A stretch of DNA of 38,369 nt from positions 1 through 38,369 of the forward strand of contig JAVWGW010000001.1 in NCBI GenBank assembly GCA_036640375.1, read 5' to 3'. Below are positions 23,391 through 31,739 of this stretch, in pieces. The number at the start of each line of letters is the position of its first letter. Positions within the stretch are counted from its first letter, which is position 1. A model generated the notes under the pieces. That model saw nothing but the letters and a program-made list of their open reading frames with translations. It was not told the origin of the DNA and searched no databases. The stretch comes from Raoultibacter sp. (GTDB lineage: Bacteria > Actinomycetota > Coriobacteriia > Coriobacteriales > Eggerthellaceae). Both the position numbers and the translations under genes were made by a program.

Positions 23391-23790
23391 TAGCGCTCAC
23401 CTCTTACCTCGTAGGGAATAAAAAAACAGCCTGCGAACAACTTCCTTGCTTGGGCGCTTCTTGCGAATGCGCACCTAAACCCTGAAGTTGACTCCTTTCG
23501 CCAGCCGATAGGCATAGCATAGCGCACTTTGAGCTATTTTGCTCGACATGTGGCAGGGTCGTTGAAAAAAAGGGGGGAAAGCATAGCAAAGCCGGGGGAA
23601 GGTGGCGAAAACTGATCCGTGGCGCAAGGTGAGCGCGCCTTGCCGGTTACGATAAGGTTCCGGAAAGCGAATCGTGGACGGCGCAGGGGTGCCAAGCGGT
23701 TAGAATAGGGGATTCATAAAAGCTCTTTACTCGTTTTAGCGGGAGAGATATTGGGTGCACAGGTGCCCAAGCAAGCACAAAGGAGGCGTT

Positions 23791-25356
23791 ATGGCAGCGA
23801 ACAATCCGATGCAAGAACCCCTGTTCATTAAAGAGGTTCAAGGGCATCATGCTCGCTACGGAAAGCTTCTTAAGTTCACGCATTCATCCACAAAGGCCGC
23901 CGCAGCCATGCTTGCTGCCGCCATCGTTGCGCTGATTGTGGCAAACAGCGGCCTCTACGAACCGTTCATGGCGTTTTGGGAAACGGAGTTCACCATCGGG
24001 TTCGGTGATTCGCTGTTCACCATGTCGCTCATCCACATTATTAATGATGTGTTTATGGCCATCTTCTTCTTGATGATAGGCCTGGAAATAAAGTATGAAA
24101 TGTCGGTGGGCGAACTGACGAATATCCGCCAGGCGCTGCTGCCCGTGTTGGCAGCCTTCGGCGGCGTGCTGGTGCCCATAGCAATCTACCTGGCCTTTAA
24201 CGCATCCAACCCCGAAACGGCTCATGGTTGGGGCGTGCCCACCGCAACCGATATCGCCTTTGCCTTGGGCATCATGGCGCTTTTGGGCAACAAGGTGCCC
24301 AACGGCGTGCGCGTATTTTTATCCACGCTGGCTGTGGCTGACGACATTATAGCCATCCTGATCATCGCGTTTTTCTACGGCCACGCACCCGCCGTGGGGT
24401 GGCTTTTGGCAGCGGGCGTTGTGCTGCTGGTGCTGATAGCCATGAACCGCTCGCACATCTATTCGCTGGTTCCTTACCTGTTGGTGGGCGTGTTGCTGTG
24501 GGTGTGCGTGTTTATGTCGGGCATTCATTCCACCATTGCGGGCGTGCTTTTGGCCTTCACCATCCCGGCGGGTTCGCGCGTGAACCTGAAAAACTTTGCC
24601 TCGTGGTCCGGCACGAAGGTGAAGCAGGCCAACGAATCGTTTATTGCGAACGTGCCCATTTTGGGACAGGCCGATTACATCGAAAACGTCACGCACCTAA
24701 GCCGCGTTTCCCGCGAGGTTGTGCCGCCCGCCACGCGCCTGGAACGCGCGCTGCATCCCTGGGTCAACTTTGCCGTGTTGCCGCTGTTTGCTCTTACCAA
24801 TGCCGGGGTATGCCTGATCGATGGTTCGCTGGGTAACATTTTCGCCGACCCTGCGCTCTATGGCGTGTTTTTGGGTCTTGTGCTGGGCAAACCTATCGGC
24901 ATTGTGCTGTTCAGCCTGATAACGGTGAAGCTCAAAATTGCGAACCTGCCCGAACATTCGCAGTGGATGCATATTGTGGGCGCCGGCATTTTGGGTGGCG
25001 TCGGTTTCACCATGGCCATTTTCGTGGCGAACCTTGCGTTTACCGATGCGGCCGTTGTCACCACGGCCAAGGTGGGCATCCTTTCGGCCTCGGCGCTGGC
25101 GGGCGTTGTCGGCTTCCTCTTTTTGTGGGTGCAGGCGCGCCGCGATACGAAAAACGGCATATCCTACATCACCACTTCCGACGAAACGCTGTGCCGTCAA
25201 TCGGCGGGGGAAGAAGCCAAGCGTGCAGGCGCTGAAGTGCTTGAAGAAATTAGCAGCCCCTTGTTAAGCCGCGAAATCGAAGCGGCGCAGCAGGAATTTG
25301 GCATCGCTGAAGTGGTGGTTGATCTGGGGGAAGATAATCGTCGCAGCGATGGATAA
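23791..25356 (+). CDS. nhaA: Na+/H+ antiporter NhaA with a roughly 90-aa C-terminal cytoplasmic extension
   Basis: Motifs: LIHIINDVFMAIFFLMIGLEIKYEM, GWGVPTATDIAFALGIMALLG, FLSTLAVADDIIAILIIA, AGILGGVGFTMAIFVANLAF. The ATG at 23791 is preceded by AGGAGG (the track start 23755 has no RBS). The tail after the last TM helix is acidic and helical (EEAKRAGAEVLEEISSPLLSREIEAAQQEFGIAEVVVDLGEDNRRSDG). Confidence 0.92.
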   Translation: MAANNPMQEPLFIKEVQGHHARYGKLLKFTHSSTKAAAAMLAAAIVALIVANSGLYEPFMAFWETEFTIGFGDSLFTMSLIHIINDVFMAIFFLMIGLEIKYEMSVGELTNIRQALLPVLAAFGGVLVPIAIYLAFNASNPETAHGWGVPTATDIAFALGIMALLGNKVPNGVRVFLSTLAVADDIIAILIIAFFYGHAPAVGWLLAAGVVLLVLIAMNRSHIYSLVPYLLVGVLLWVCVFMSGIHSTIAGVLLAFTIPAGSRVNLKNFASWSGTKVKQANESFIANVPILGQADYIENVTHLSRVSREVVPPATRLERALHPWVNFAVLPLFALTNAGVCLIDGSLGNIFADPALYGVFLGLVLGKPIGIVLFSLITVKLKIANLPEHSQWMHIVGAGILGGVGFTMAIFVANLAFTDAAVVTTAKVGILSASALAGVVGFLFLWVQARRDTKNGISYITTSDETLCRQSAGEEAKRAGAEVLEEISSPLLSREIEAAQQEFGIAEVVVDLGEDNRRSDG

Positions 25357-25386
25357 ATACACTGCGACCCCGCAAAAGGAGCAGGC

Positions 25387-27594
25387 ATGAACGCTACATC
25401 CCCCGTGCAAGGCGAAGTCACCCTGCGTCTTGCCATCGAAGGCATGCACTGCGCAAACTGTGCGGCCAACATAGAGAAAAACTTCAACGCGCATCCCGCC
25501 GTGGCAAGCTGTGCTGTCAACCTGGCAACGAATACGGCACAGGTGAAGTTTGACCCAACACGCGCAAGCGTCGATGACCTGCTGCGCATCTTCGACAAGC
25601 TTTCTTTTTCGGCGGAAGTCATACCTGAGGGCGCCCCCCTTGTTGACAAGGCGCGACGCGCCAAGGAAGCGAATACGCGCGCGCACGATTTCCGCGTTTT
25701 TCTGGCCTCACTGGTGCTGACGGTGCTTATTGTGGGCATCGGCATGCTTCCCGGCGCCCATCATGCGGTGGGTGCTGCGCTTGCAAACTTTTTGCAGGGC
25801 GGCGAACCCACCGGGATGCAGGCGATGTTTGCGGCCAATATTTTGCTGCTGGTCTTAACGATTCCCGTTCAATTTGGCTGTGGCGCGCGTTTCTATAAAG
25901 GGGCGCTCGGTGCGCTGCGGGGTGGTGCGGCCAACATGGATGTGCTGGTGGCGCTGGGCACCACGATCGCTTTCGTCTTTTCGGTGTGGATCACATTTTC
26001 GGGCACGATGGTCAACGGCGGCATGCCCTATTTTGAAACCTGTGCGATGCTGATCACCTTTGTGCTGCTGGGCAAAATACTGGAAACGCGGGCAAAGGGC
26101 GCTACCAACCAGGCCATCGAATCGCTGATGAATTTAACCCCGGCAACGGCCTGCGTTGTGCGCGGCGGCAAAGAAGAAACGCTGCCGCTTTCCCAGGTCA
26201 TGGTGGGCGACACAGTAATGGTGCGTCCGGGCGAAAAAATGCCCGTGGATGGGCAGGTGGAACAGGGATCATCCGAAGTTGATGAAAGCATGCTTACCGG
26301 CGAGCCTATCCCCGTGCTCAAGCAGGCGGGCGATGCTACCACGGGCGGCACCATCAACACCACGGGGGCGCTTTGTGTGCGCGCGCTGCGCGTGGGTGCC
26401 GATTCCACCTTGGCGCGCATTGTGCGTGCGGTGGAAGATGCCCAAGGATCAAAAGCCCCCGTGCAGCGCTTGGCCGATAAAATTGCGGCTATTTTTGTGC
26501 CAGCAATTTTGCTTATCGCCCTGGTCACGTTTGCGGGATGGCTGTTGTTGGGGCCAACTCCGGCGGGCATCGAACGCTTCCAGCAGGCACTTTTGTGCGC
26601 GGTGGCCGTTATCGTGGTGGCGTGCCCCTGCGCTTTGGGGCTGGCCACGCCCACGGCGCTGATGGTGGGTATGGGCATAGGTGCAAAATCGGGCGTGCTT
26701 ATTAAAGATGGCGCTGTGCTAGAAAAGTTGTGTGCCTTAAAAGCCGCCGTGTTCGATAAAACGGGCACCTTGACGGTGGGTCAACCCGGCGTGCTTGCGA
26801 CCACGGCAAGCGATGCCGACCTGCGCTTGGCGGCGGCGCTTGAAGCAAAAAGCGAGCATCCCCTAGCGCGCGCCATTGTTGCCTATGCGGCGGCACGCGG
26901 TATAGACGATGTGCCCGAAGCCGAAACCTTTGTTGCCCTGGTGGGCAGCGGTGTGGAAGGGATTGTGGAAGGGCATGCGGTATTCGTCGGATCCACCATC
27001 GTGGTGGATGGGCGCCAGGCGGGCACATTCACGTTTTCCGATGAAGTGAAGCCCGACTCTGCAGCAGCAGTTGCGCGGCTGCACGCCGATTACGCCATCG
27101 AAGCCTTCATGGTTACGGGGGATGCCGCAGGCCCGGCGCTGCGCGTGGCTCAGCAGGTAAACATAGACCCCGACCACGTGTTTTCTCAGGTGAAGCCCTT
27201 CGAGAAGGCGGAAAAAGTGGCAGCTGTCAAAGGGGCTTTCCCCCCTGAAAACAACCTGCTTGCCTTCGTGGGCGATGGCATCAACGATGCACCCGCTTTA
27301 GCGGCGGCCGATGTGGGCGTGGCCATGGCCAGTGGCACCGATGTGGCGCTTGATGCGGGTTCGGTTGTGCTGATGCGCAACCGCTTAAGCGATTTCGTGA
27401 TGGCCATTCGCCTTTCGCGTGCGACGATGCGCAAGGTGAAACAAAACTTGTTTTGGGCACTCATTTACAACGCTATCATGATCCCCTTGGCAGCCTTCGG
27501 CATCATCGCCCCCGAACTGGCCGGGGCAGCCATGGCGCTTTCCAGCGTGACGGTGGTGTCAAATTCCCTGCTGCTCAAGCGCTTTCGGGCGTGA
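25387..27594 (+). CDS. copA: Copper-translocating P1B-type ATPase
   Basis: The single N-terminal HMA domain carries the metal site [12 protein letters not shown]. Other motifs: TGEP (MLTGEPIPV), transmembrane CPC ([13 protein letters not shown]), DKTGTLT, HP-region ([10 protein letters not shown]), [29 protein letters not shown]. The gene starts 30 nt after nhaA. Confidence 0.93.
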   Translation: MNATSPVQGEVTLRLAIEGMHCANCAANIEKNFNAHPAVASCAVNLATNTAQVKFDPTRASVDDLLRIFDKLSFSAEVIPEGAPLVDKARRAKEANTRAHDFRVFLASLVLTVLIVGIGMLPGAHHAVGAALANFLQGGEPTGMQAMFAANILLLVLTIPVQFGCGARFYKGALGALRGGAANMDVLVALGTTIAFVFSVWITFSGTMVNGGMPYFETCAMLITFVLLGKILETRAKGATNQAIESLMNLTPATACVVRGGKEETLPLSQVMVGDTVMVRPGEKMPVDGQVEQGSSEVDESMLTGEPIPVLKQAGDATTGGTINTTGALCVRALRVGADSTLARIVRAVEDAQGSKAPVQRLADKIAAIFVPAILLIALVTFAGWLLLGPTPAGIERFQQALLCAVAVIVVACPCALGLATPTALMVGMGIGAKSGVLIKDGAVLEKLCALKAAVFDKTGTLTVGQPGVLATTASDADLRLAAALEAKSEHPLARAIVAYAAARGIDDVPEAETFVALVGSGVEGIVEGHAVFVGSTIVVDGRQAGTFTFSDEVKPDSAAAVARLHADYAIEAFMVTGDAAGPALRVAQQVNIDPDHVFSQVKPFEKAEKVAAVKGAFPPENNLLAFVGDGINDAPALAAADVGVAMASGTDVALDAGSVVLMRNRLSDFVMAIRLSRATMRKVKQNLFWALIYNAIMIPLAAFGIIAPELAGAAMALSSVTVVSNSLLLKRFRA

Positions 27595-27741
27595 TTCGTT
27601 GGCTCTTAGTGTGCCTCATTGCGTGATTTTGTGAATATGTGCCTATGCAAGGCCGTGAAGGGTTTAGCCGGCAGGGGTTTTCTGTTACCATAAATGGCAG
27701 CTTGTGCTCAACGCATTTTATGCTCAATTCAGGGAGGCTTC

Positions 27742-28848
27742 ATGAGCGAGCAGAACAACACACTTAGTAGACGAGCTTTTATGGGTGGCGCCGCTTTTAT
27801 CGGTGCTGCATTATGCATAAATCCTGCCATTGCGCTGGCCGATCCGACGGCAGCCGATAAGCAGGCCGAAGCGCAAACCGCGCTGGCTAGTCTCAATACC
27901 ATGCAGGCCAATCTTGACCAGGCATCGAACGTCTATTATTCGGCTTTGGAAGAACACGAAGCCGCTCAGGCAAAAATGACCGAAGCGCAAACGCGCATCG
28001 ACGAAGCAAACGGCCAGATTCTTGGGCTTCAGAGCAAGTTGGGCACGCGCGCGCGCAGCATGTATCGCAGCGGCGGGTCTTCCTTCCTCGATTTGCTGTT
28101 GGGGGCTACCACCTTCAACGAATTTGCCACCAACTGGGATATTTTGAATCAGATGAACGATTCCGATGCCACCATGGTGCAGCAGTCAAAAGAACTGCGA
28201 ACCGAAGTGGAAAACCAGAAGGCCGAATACGCCAAGCAGGAAAAAATTGCTGCGGACAAAACGGCGGAAGCCAAAAAGGTTGCCGAAGAAGCTGCTGCTA
28301 CAACGGCGGCCATGCGGGCAACCTATAACAGCCTCAGCACCGAAGCGGCAGCACTTCTCGCACAAGAACGCGCTGCTCAAGCGGCCGTGGAAGCAGCCAA
28401 TGCAGCCCGGGTTATCGAAGAGGCAAGCAGGCCTTCTGCCCAGCCTCCCACAAACAACGGTGGCGGTGGCGGCGGCAACAGCGGCGGCGGTGGCAACGAT
28501 GGTGGTGGCGGCGGTTCGGCACCGGGCCCGGCCTACGGCTCTGTTGTTGAATACGCTTACAGCAAAATTGGCAGCCCTTATGTGTGGGGCGGCAAAGGCC
28601 CCAACTCATTTGATTGTTCCGGTTTTGTTGCTTGGTGCTATGCCCAGGTGGGCATCTATGTACCGTCTTATACCGGTAGCCTCATGGGCTTGCCGCAGGT
28701 GTCCAGCCCCCAGCCCGGCGATATTGCCGTCAACTATAGCCACACGGGCATTTATGTTGGTGGTGGTTCCATGGTGCATGCTGCCACGGAAGGCGTCGGC
28801 GTTATTGAAGGTCCCGTGCAGGGCGGCATGATTTTTGTTCGTCCCTAA
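27742..28848 (+). CDS. Secreted NlpC/P60 (C40) peptidoglycan endopeptidase with N-terminal coiled-coil region (RipA-like architecture)
   Basis: The Tat-like signal LSRRAFMGGAAFIGAALCINPAIALA is followed by long heptad-like Ala/Gln/Glu-rich helices and a poly-Gly linker NNGGGGGGNSGGGGNDGGGGGS. The C40 core reads GSPYVWGGKGPNSFDCSGFVAWCY....G..VP.......G..V....PGDI....HTGIYVGGGSMVHA. The ATG at 27742 is preceded by AGGGAGG. Confidence 0.9.
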   Translation: MSEQNNTLSRRAFMGGAAFIGAALCINPAIALADPTAADKQAEAQTALASLNTMQANLDQASNVYYSALEEHEAAQAKMTEAQTRIDEANGQILGLQSKLGTRARSMYRSGGSSFLDLLLGATTFNEFATNWDILNQMNDSDATMVQQSKELRTEVENQKAEYAKQEKIAADKTAEAKKVAEEAAATTAAMRATYNSLSTEAAALLAQERAAQAAVEAANAARVIEEASRPSAQPPTNNGGGGGGNSGGGGNDGGGGGSAPGPAYGSVVEYAYSKIGSPYVWGGKGPNSFDCSGFVAWCYAQVGIYVPSYTGSLMGLPQVSSPQPGDIAVNYSHTGIYVGGGSMVHAATEGVGVIEGPVQGGMIFVRP

Positions 28849-28931
28849 GCATTATCGGAGATTTGGTAAAGTTCTTTTCTTTTCCGATGGTTGTGTTACT
28901 ATTACTGCCGCTGCTAGAAGGTGGCAAATCT

Positions 28932-29008
28932 CGGGATGTGGCTCAGTTTGGTAGAGCGCTGCGTTCGGGACGCAGAGGCCGCAGGTTCAAATCCTGTCAT
29001 CCCGACCA
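28932..29008 (+). tRNA. tRNA-Pro (anticodon CGG), CCA-encoded
   Basis: I folded the cloverleaf by hand. Acceptor cgggatg/catcccg; D-arm gctc-agtttggta-gagc; anticodon arm ctgcg-ttCGGga-cgcag (anticodon 28966-28968); variable aggcc; T-arm gcagg-ttcaaat-cctgt; discriminator A; then CCA. Confidence 0.93.
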
Positions 29009-29020
29009 CGAGAGCCCACG

Positions 29021-29055
29021 GGGATGTAATCTTTATCGGATAACATCCCTTTTTT
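29021..29055 (+). terminator. Intrinsic terminator after tRNA-Pro
   Basis: The stem pairs gggatgt (29021-29027) with acatccc (29043-29049), with extra inner pairing. It is followed by TTTTTT (29050-29055). Confidence 0.7.
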
Positions 29056-29136
29056 GAAGAGTTGTGGTACCCTAACGAAGTTAGTTTGAGCGAGTTGCAC
29101 AGCGGGAAATCCCGCTTAGAAAGCTTGGAGGATTCT

Positions 29137-29409
29137 ATGAAATTTGGTGGCATTGGAGTTCCTGAACTTCTTATCATTTTGGCGGTTGCTCTTTTGATTT
29201 TCGGCCCCAAAAACCTTCCGAAGCTCGGTAGCGCTTTGGGCAAAACCGTGAAAAACCTGCGCGACGGCATGGGCGGCGGCAACAAAGCTGTCGAAGAAGC
29301 TGAAGAAGAAGAAATCGTTGAAGAGGTTGTGGAAGAAAAGCCGGCTCCCAAAAAGACGACGGTGCGCAAAACCACTGCTGCTAAAACCACTACCAAGACT
29401 GAAGAATAG
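29137..29409 (+). CDS. tatA: Sec-independent (twin-arginine) translocase subunit TatA/E
   Basis: MKFGGIGVPELLIILAVALLIFGPKNLPKLGSALGKTVKNLR is the canonical TatA TM helix plus amphipathic helix (FGPK.LP..G). An acidic/basic tail follows. The ATG at 29137 is preceded by GGAGGA. Confidence 0.92.
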   Translation: MKFGGIGVPELLIILAVALLIFGPKNLPKLGSALGKTVKNLRDGMGGGNKAVEEAEEEEIVEEVVEEKPAPKKTTVRKTTAAKTTTKTEE

Positions 29410-29505
29410 CATCACCATTTGTTTGTAACGCGGCATGTGCGCCGGAAAGGTTTGCGCATGTCGCGTCTAATTATGTGTACCGGGGTGCTCGTTGAGGGCA
29501 CCCTT

Positions 29506-29514
29506 TGGTATACT
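29506..29514 (+). promoter_or_regulatory. Extended -10 element TGGTATACT upstream of greA
   Basis: TG at 29506-29507 and TATACT at 29509-29514, about 75 nt upstream of the greA ATG. It is identical to the 9-mer at 15411-15419. Confidence 0.4.
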
Positions 29515-29586
29515 GCGTAGGATTCAATAAGGGTAAAGCGCACCGGTCACAAGGCGGGTGCGACCGCGTATCGAACGGAAAAAATC

Positions 29587-30057
29587 ATGGCAGACAGAGA
29601 TTACATCCTTACCGCAGAAGGTAAAGTCAAGCTTGAAGAAGAGCTGCATTACCTGGAAAACGAAAAGCGTTCCGAAATTGGCGAACGTATTAAAGTGGCG
29701 CGCGAATTCGGCGATATTTCTGAAAACTCCGAATATGATGATGCGAAAAACGAACAGGGCATGATGGAAGCACGCATCGCCGAAATCACGCATATCTTGG
29801 GGGATGCCACCGTTGTCACCACGCCGAAGCGTTCCACCAAAGTGAACATCGGCTCGACGGTAACGGTCGATATGGCTGGGCGCGAACGCACGCTCACTAT
29901 CGTGGGTGGCGCAGAAAGCGATGTGGCTGTTGGTCGCATTTCAAACGAATCGCCCGTAGGGGCTGCGCTTTTGGGCCACAAAAAGGGCGATGTGGTCACT
30001 TCTGTGGGGCCCACGGGTCGCGAAATTTCAATGACTGTTTTGAAGTTGGAGCACTAA
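29587..30057 (+). CDS. greA: Transcription elongation factor GreA
   Basis: LTAEGKVKLEEELHYLENEKRSEIGERIKVAREFGDISENSEYDDAKNEQ is the N-terminal coiled coil with the acidic tip. The C-terminal domain is ISNESPVGAALLGHKKGDVV. Confidence 0.95.
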   Translation: MADRDYILTAEGKVKLEEELHYLENEKRSEIGERIKVAREFGDISENSEYDDAKNEQGMMEARIAEITHILGDATVVTTPKRSTKVNIGSTVTVDMAGRERTLTIVGGAESDVAVGRISNESPVGAALLGHKKGDVVTSVGPTGREISMTVLKLEH

Positions 30058-30100
30058 AGCCAAGGTTTCAGCTTCGTTACGAACGGCCGTTTTTTGTGAG

Positions 30101-30132
30101 GGCGAGCAGCGGATGCTCGCCTTGTTCTTTTT
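30101..30132 (+). terminator. greA intrinsic terminator
   Basis: An 8-bp stem, ggcgagca (30101-30108) / tgctcgcc (30114-30121), with loop gcgga, followed by TTGTTCTTTTT. A TACAAT -10 candidate for lysS follows at 30139-30144. Confidence 0.75.
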
Positions 30133-30182
30133 GTAGGCTACAATGGACGGGACAAAATAGCACGGACTTTGAAAGGTTTTTC

Positions 30183-31709
30183 ATGAACGAAGAAACGAAA
30201 CCCACACAAACTTCTGACGCTGCGGCAACGGCGCAGGTAATCGAAGATGATCCCATTGAAGTCCGCCGTGCAAAACGCGAAGCGCTGATTGCTGCGGGGG
30301 GCACCCCTTATGGGGCGGCCTACCACTACACGCATCACATCGCCGATTTGGAAGAAAAATATGCCGCGCTCGAAAACGGCGAAGTGACCGAAGACGAAGT
30401 GTCGCTTGCGGGGCGCGTTATGGCGCGCCGCGACCAAGGCAAAATAATCTTTATGGAACTGCGCGATTCCACGGCCGATATTCAGCTGTTCTGCCGCATC
30501 AACGCTTTGGGCGAAGACGTATTCGCCGCCCTAAAAGAAGTGGATGTAGGCGATTGGATCGGCGTCTGTGGCACGATGATGCGCACGCGTCGCGGCCAGC
30601 TTTCCGTTGCCGCGGCCAGCTATACGCAGCTGTCAAAATCGCTGCGCCCCTTGCCCGAAAAATTCCACGGCCTTTCCGATAGAGAAACGCGCTACCGTCA
30701 ACGCTATATTGACCTGGTGGTTAACCCCGAAGTGCGCAAAACATTCGAGGCGCGCTTCAAGGTTGTTTCCGCCATTCGCCGCTATATGGAAGATCTTGAT
30801 TTCTTCGAAGTCGAAACGCCCATGCTGCATCCCATCGTGGGTGGTGCAAACGCCAAGCCGTTCATCACGCACCACAACGCGCTCGATCGCGAACTGTATT
30901 TGCGCATTGCTCCCGAACTTCACTTAAAGCGCCTGCTGGTGGGCGGTTTTGAAAAAGTGTTTGAACTCAATCGCTGCTTTCGCAATGAAGGTATGGATCT
31001 GACGCACAACCCCGAATTTACCACGCTTGAAGTGTATCAGGCCTATTCCGATGTGGAAGGCATGATGGATTTAACCGAAGGCATCGTGCGCCATGCGGCC
31101 TTGGCGGCGTGTGGCAGCTTGCAGGTGGAATTCCAAGGTCAGGCCGTCGATTTGGCGCTGCCGTTTAGGCGCGCTTCGATGATACAGCTGGCCAGCGAAG
31201 GGGCGGGTCGCGCCATCAACTTCGATCTTTCGCTCGACGAACTGCGCGACATTGCCAAGGGCTACCATATTAAGGTTGATGCTTCATGGGGCAAGGGCAA
31301 GCTTATCTGCGAAATTTACGAAGAGGTTGCCGAAGGCGCCATTGTGCAGCCCACCTTTGTCATCGATCATCCCGTTGAAGTTTCCCCCTTGGCCAAGCGG
31401 AAGGCCGACGATGAAAACGTGACGGACCGCTTTGAACTTTTGATTTGCGGCCATGAATACGCGAATGCTTTTACCGAATTAAACGACCCGGTGGATCAAG
31501 CCGCGCGCTTCCAGGCACAAGTCGACGCAAAAAGCTCGGGCGACGATGAAGCGATGGGCTACGATGCCGATTACATTCGCGCCTTGGAATACGGCATGCC
31601 CCCGGCCGGCGGGCTGGGCATCGGCATCGACCGCCTGGTGATGTTGTTGACCGATTCCGCTTCAATTCGCGATGTTTTATTGTTCCCCCACATGAGGGAT
31701 GAAGCTTAA
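30183..31709 (+). CDS. lysS: Lysine--tRNA ligase (class II)
   Basis: OB-fold anticodon-binding region (VSLAGRVMARRDQGKIIFMELRD..ADIQL); class II motifs YRQRYIDL, FFEVETPML, FELNRCFRNEGMDLTHNPEFT, ELLICGHEYANAFTELNDP, MPPAGGLGIGIDRLVMLL. I placed the start at ATG 30183 (MNEETKP...). Confidence 0.95.
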   Translation: MNEETKPTQTSDAAATAQVIEDDPIEVRRAKREALIAAGGTPYGAAYHYTHHIADLEEKYAALENGEVTEDEVSLAGRVMARRDQGKIIFMELRDSTADIQLFCRINALGEDVFAALKEVDVGDWIGVCGTMMRTRRGQLSVAAASYTQLSKSLRPLPEKFHGLSDRETRYRQRYIDLVVNPEVRKTFEARFKVVSAIRRYMEDLDFFEVETPMLHPIVGGANAKPFITHHNALDRELYLRIAPELHLKRLLVGGFEKVFELNRCFRNEGMDLTHNPEFTTLEVYQAYSDVEGMMDLTEGIVRHAALAACGSLQVEFQGQAVDLALPFRRASMIQLASEGAGRAINFDLSLDELRDIAKGYHIKVDASWGKGKLICEIYEEVAEGAIVQPTFVIDHPVEVSPLAKRKADDENVTDRFELLICGHEYANAFTELNDPVDQAARFQAQVDAKSSGDDEAMGYDADYIRALEYGMPPAGGLGIGIDRLVMLLTDSASIRDVLLFPHMRDEA

Positions 31710-31739
31710 AGAAACCTTCAAGCAGAAAAGAGGCTGCTT

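Noticed and set aside
27595-27741. Possible ydaO-type (c-di-AMP) riboswitch upstream of the NlpC/P60 hydrolase, as occurs in some Actinobacteria
   Set aside because: The 147-nt spacer shows no pseudo-two-fold arrangement and none of the conserved purine-rich ACGGGGA/GGGGUGAAUC-like blocks that I associate with that class. I could not support it from sequence. An Rfam scan could overturn this.
28932-29136. tRNA-Pro as an integration hotspot marking a genomic island
   Set aside because: There is no integrase, excisionase or phage gene on either side. I found no direct repeat of the tRNA 3' end elsewhere in the window. The downstream genes (tatA, greA, lysS, clpC) are core and compositionally normal.
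28863-29396. Track ORFs overlapping the tRNA (28863..29057 +, 64 aa) and antisense to tatA (28914..29396 -, 160 aa; 29116..29436 -)
   Set aside because: The first is read through a hand-foldable tRNA-Pro cloverleaf and its terminator. The others are antisense to a canonical TatA and consist of low-complexity Ser/Phe/Leu-rich sequence.
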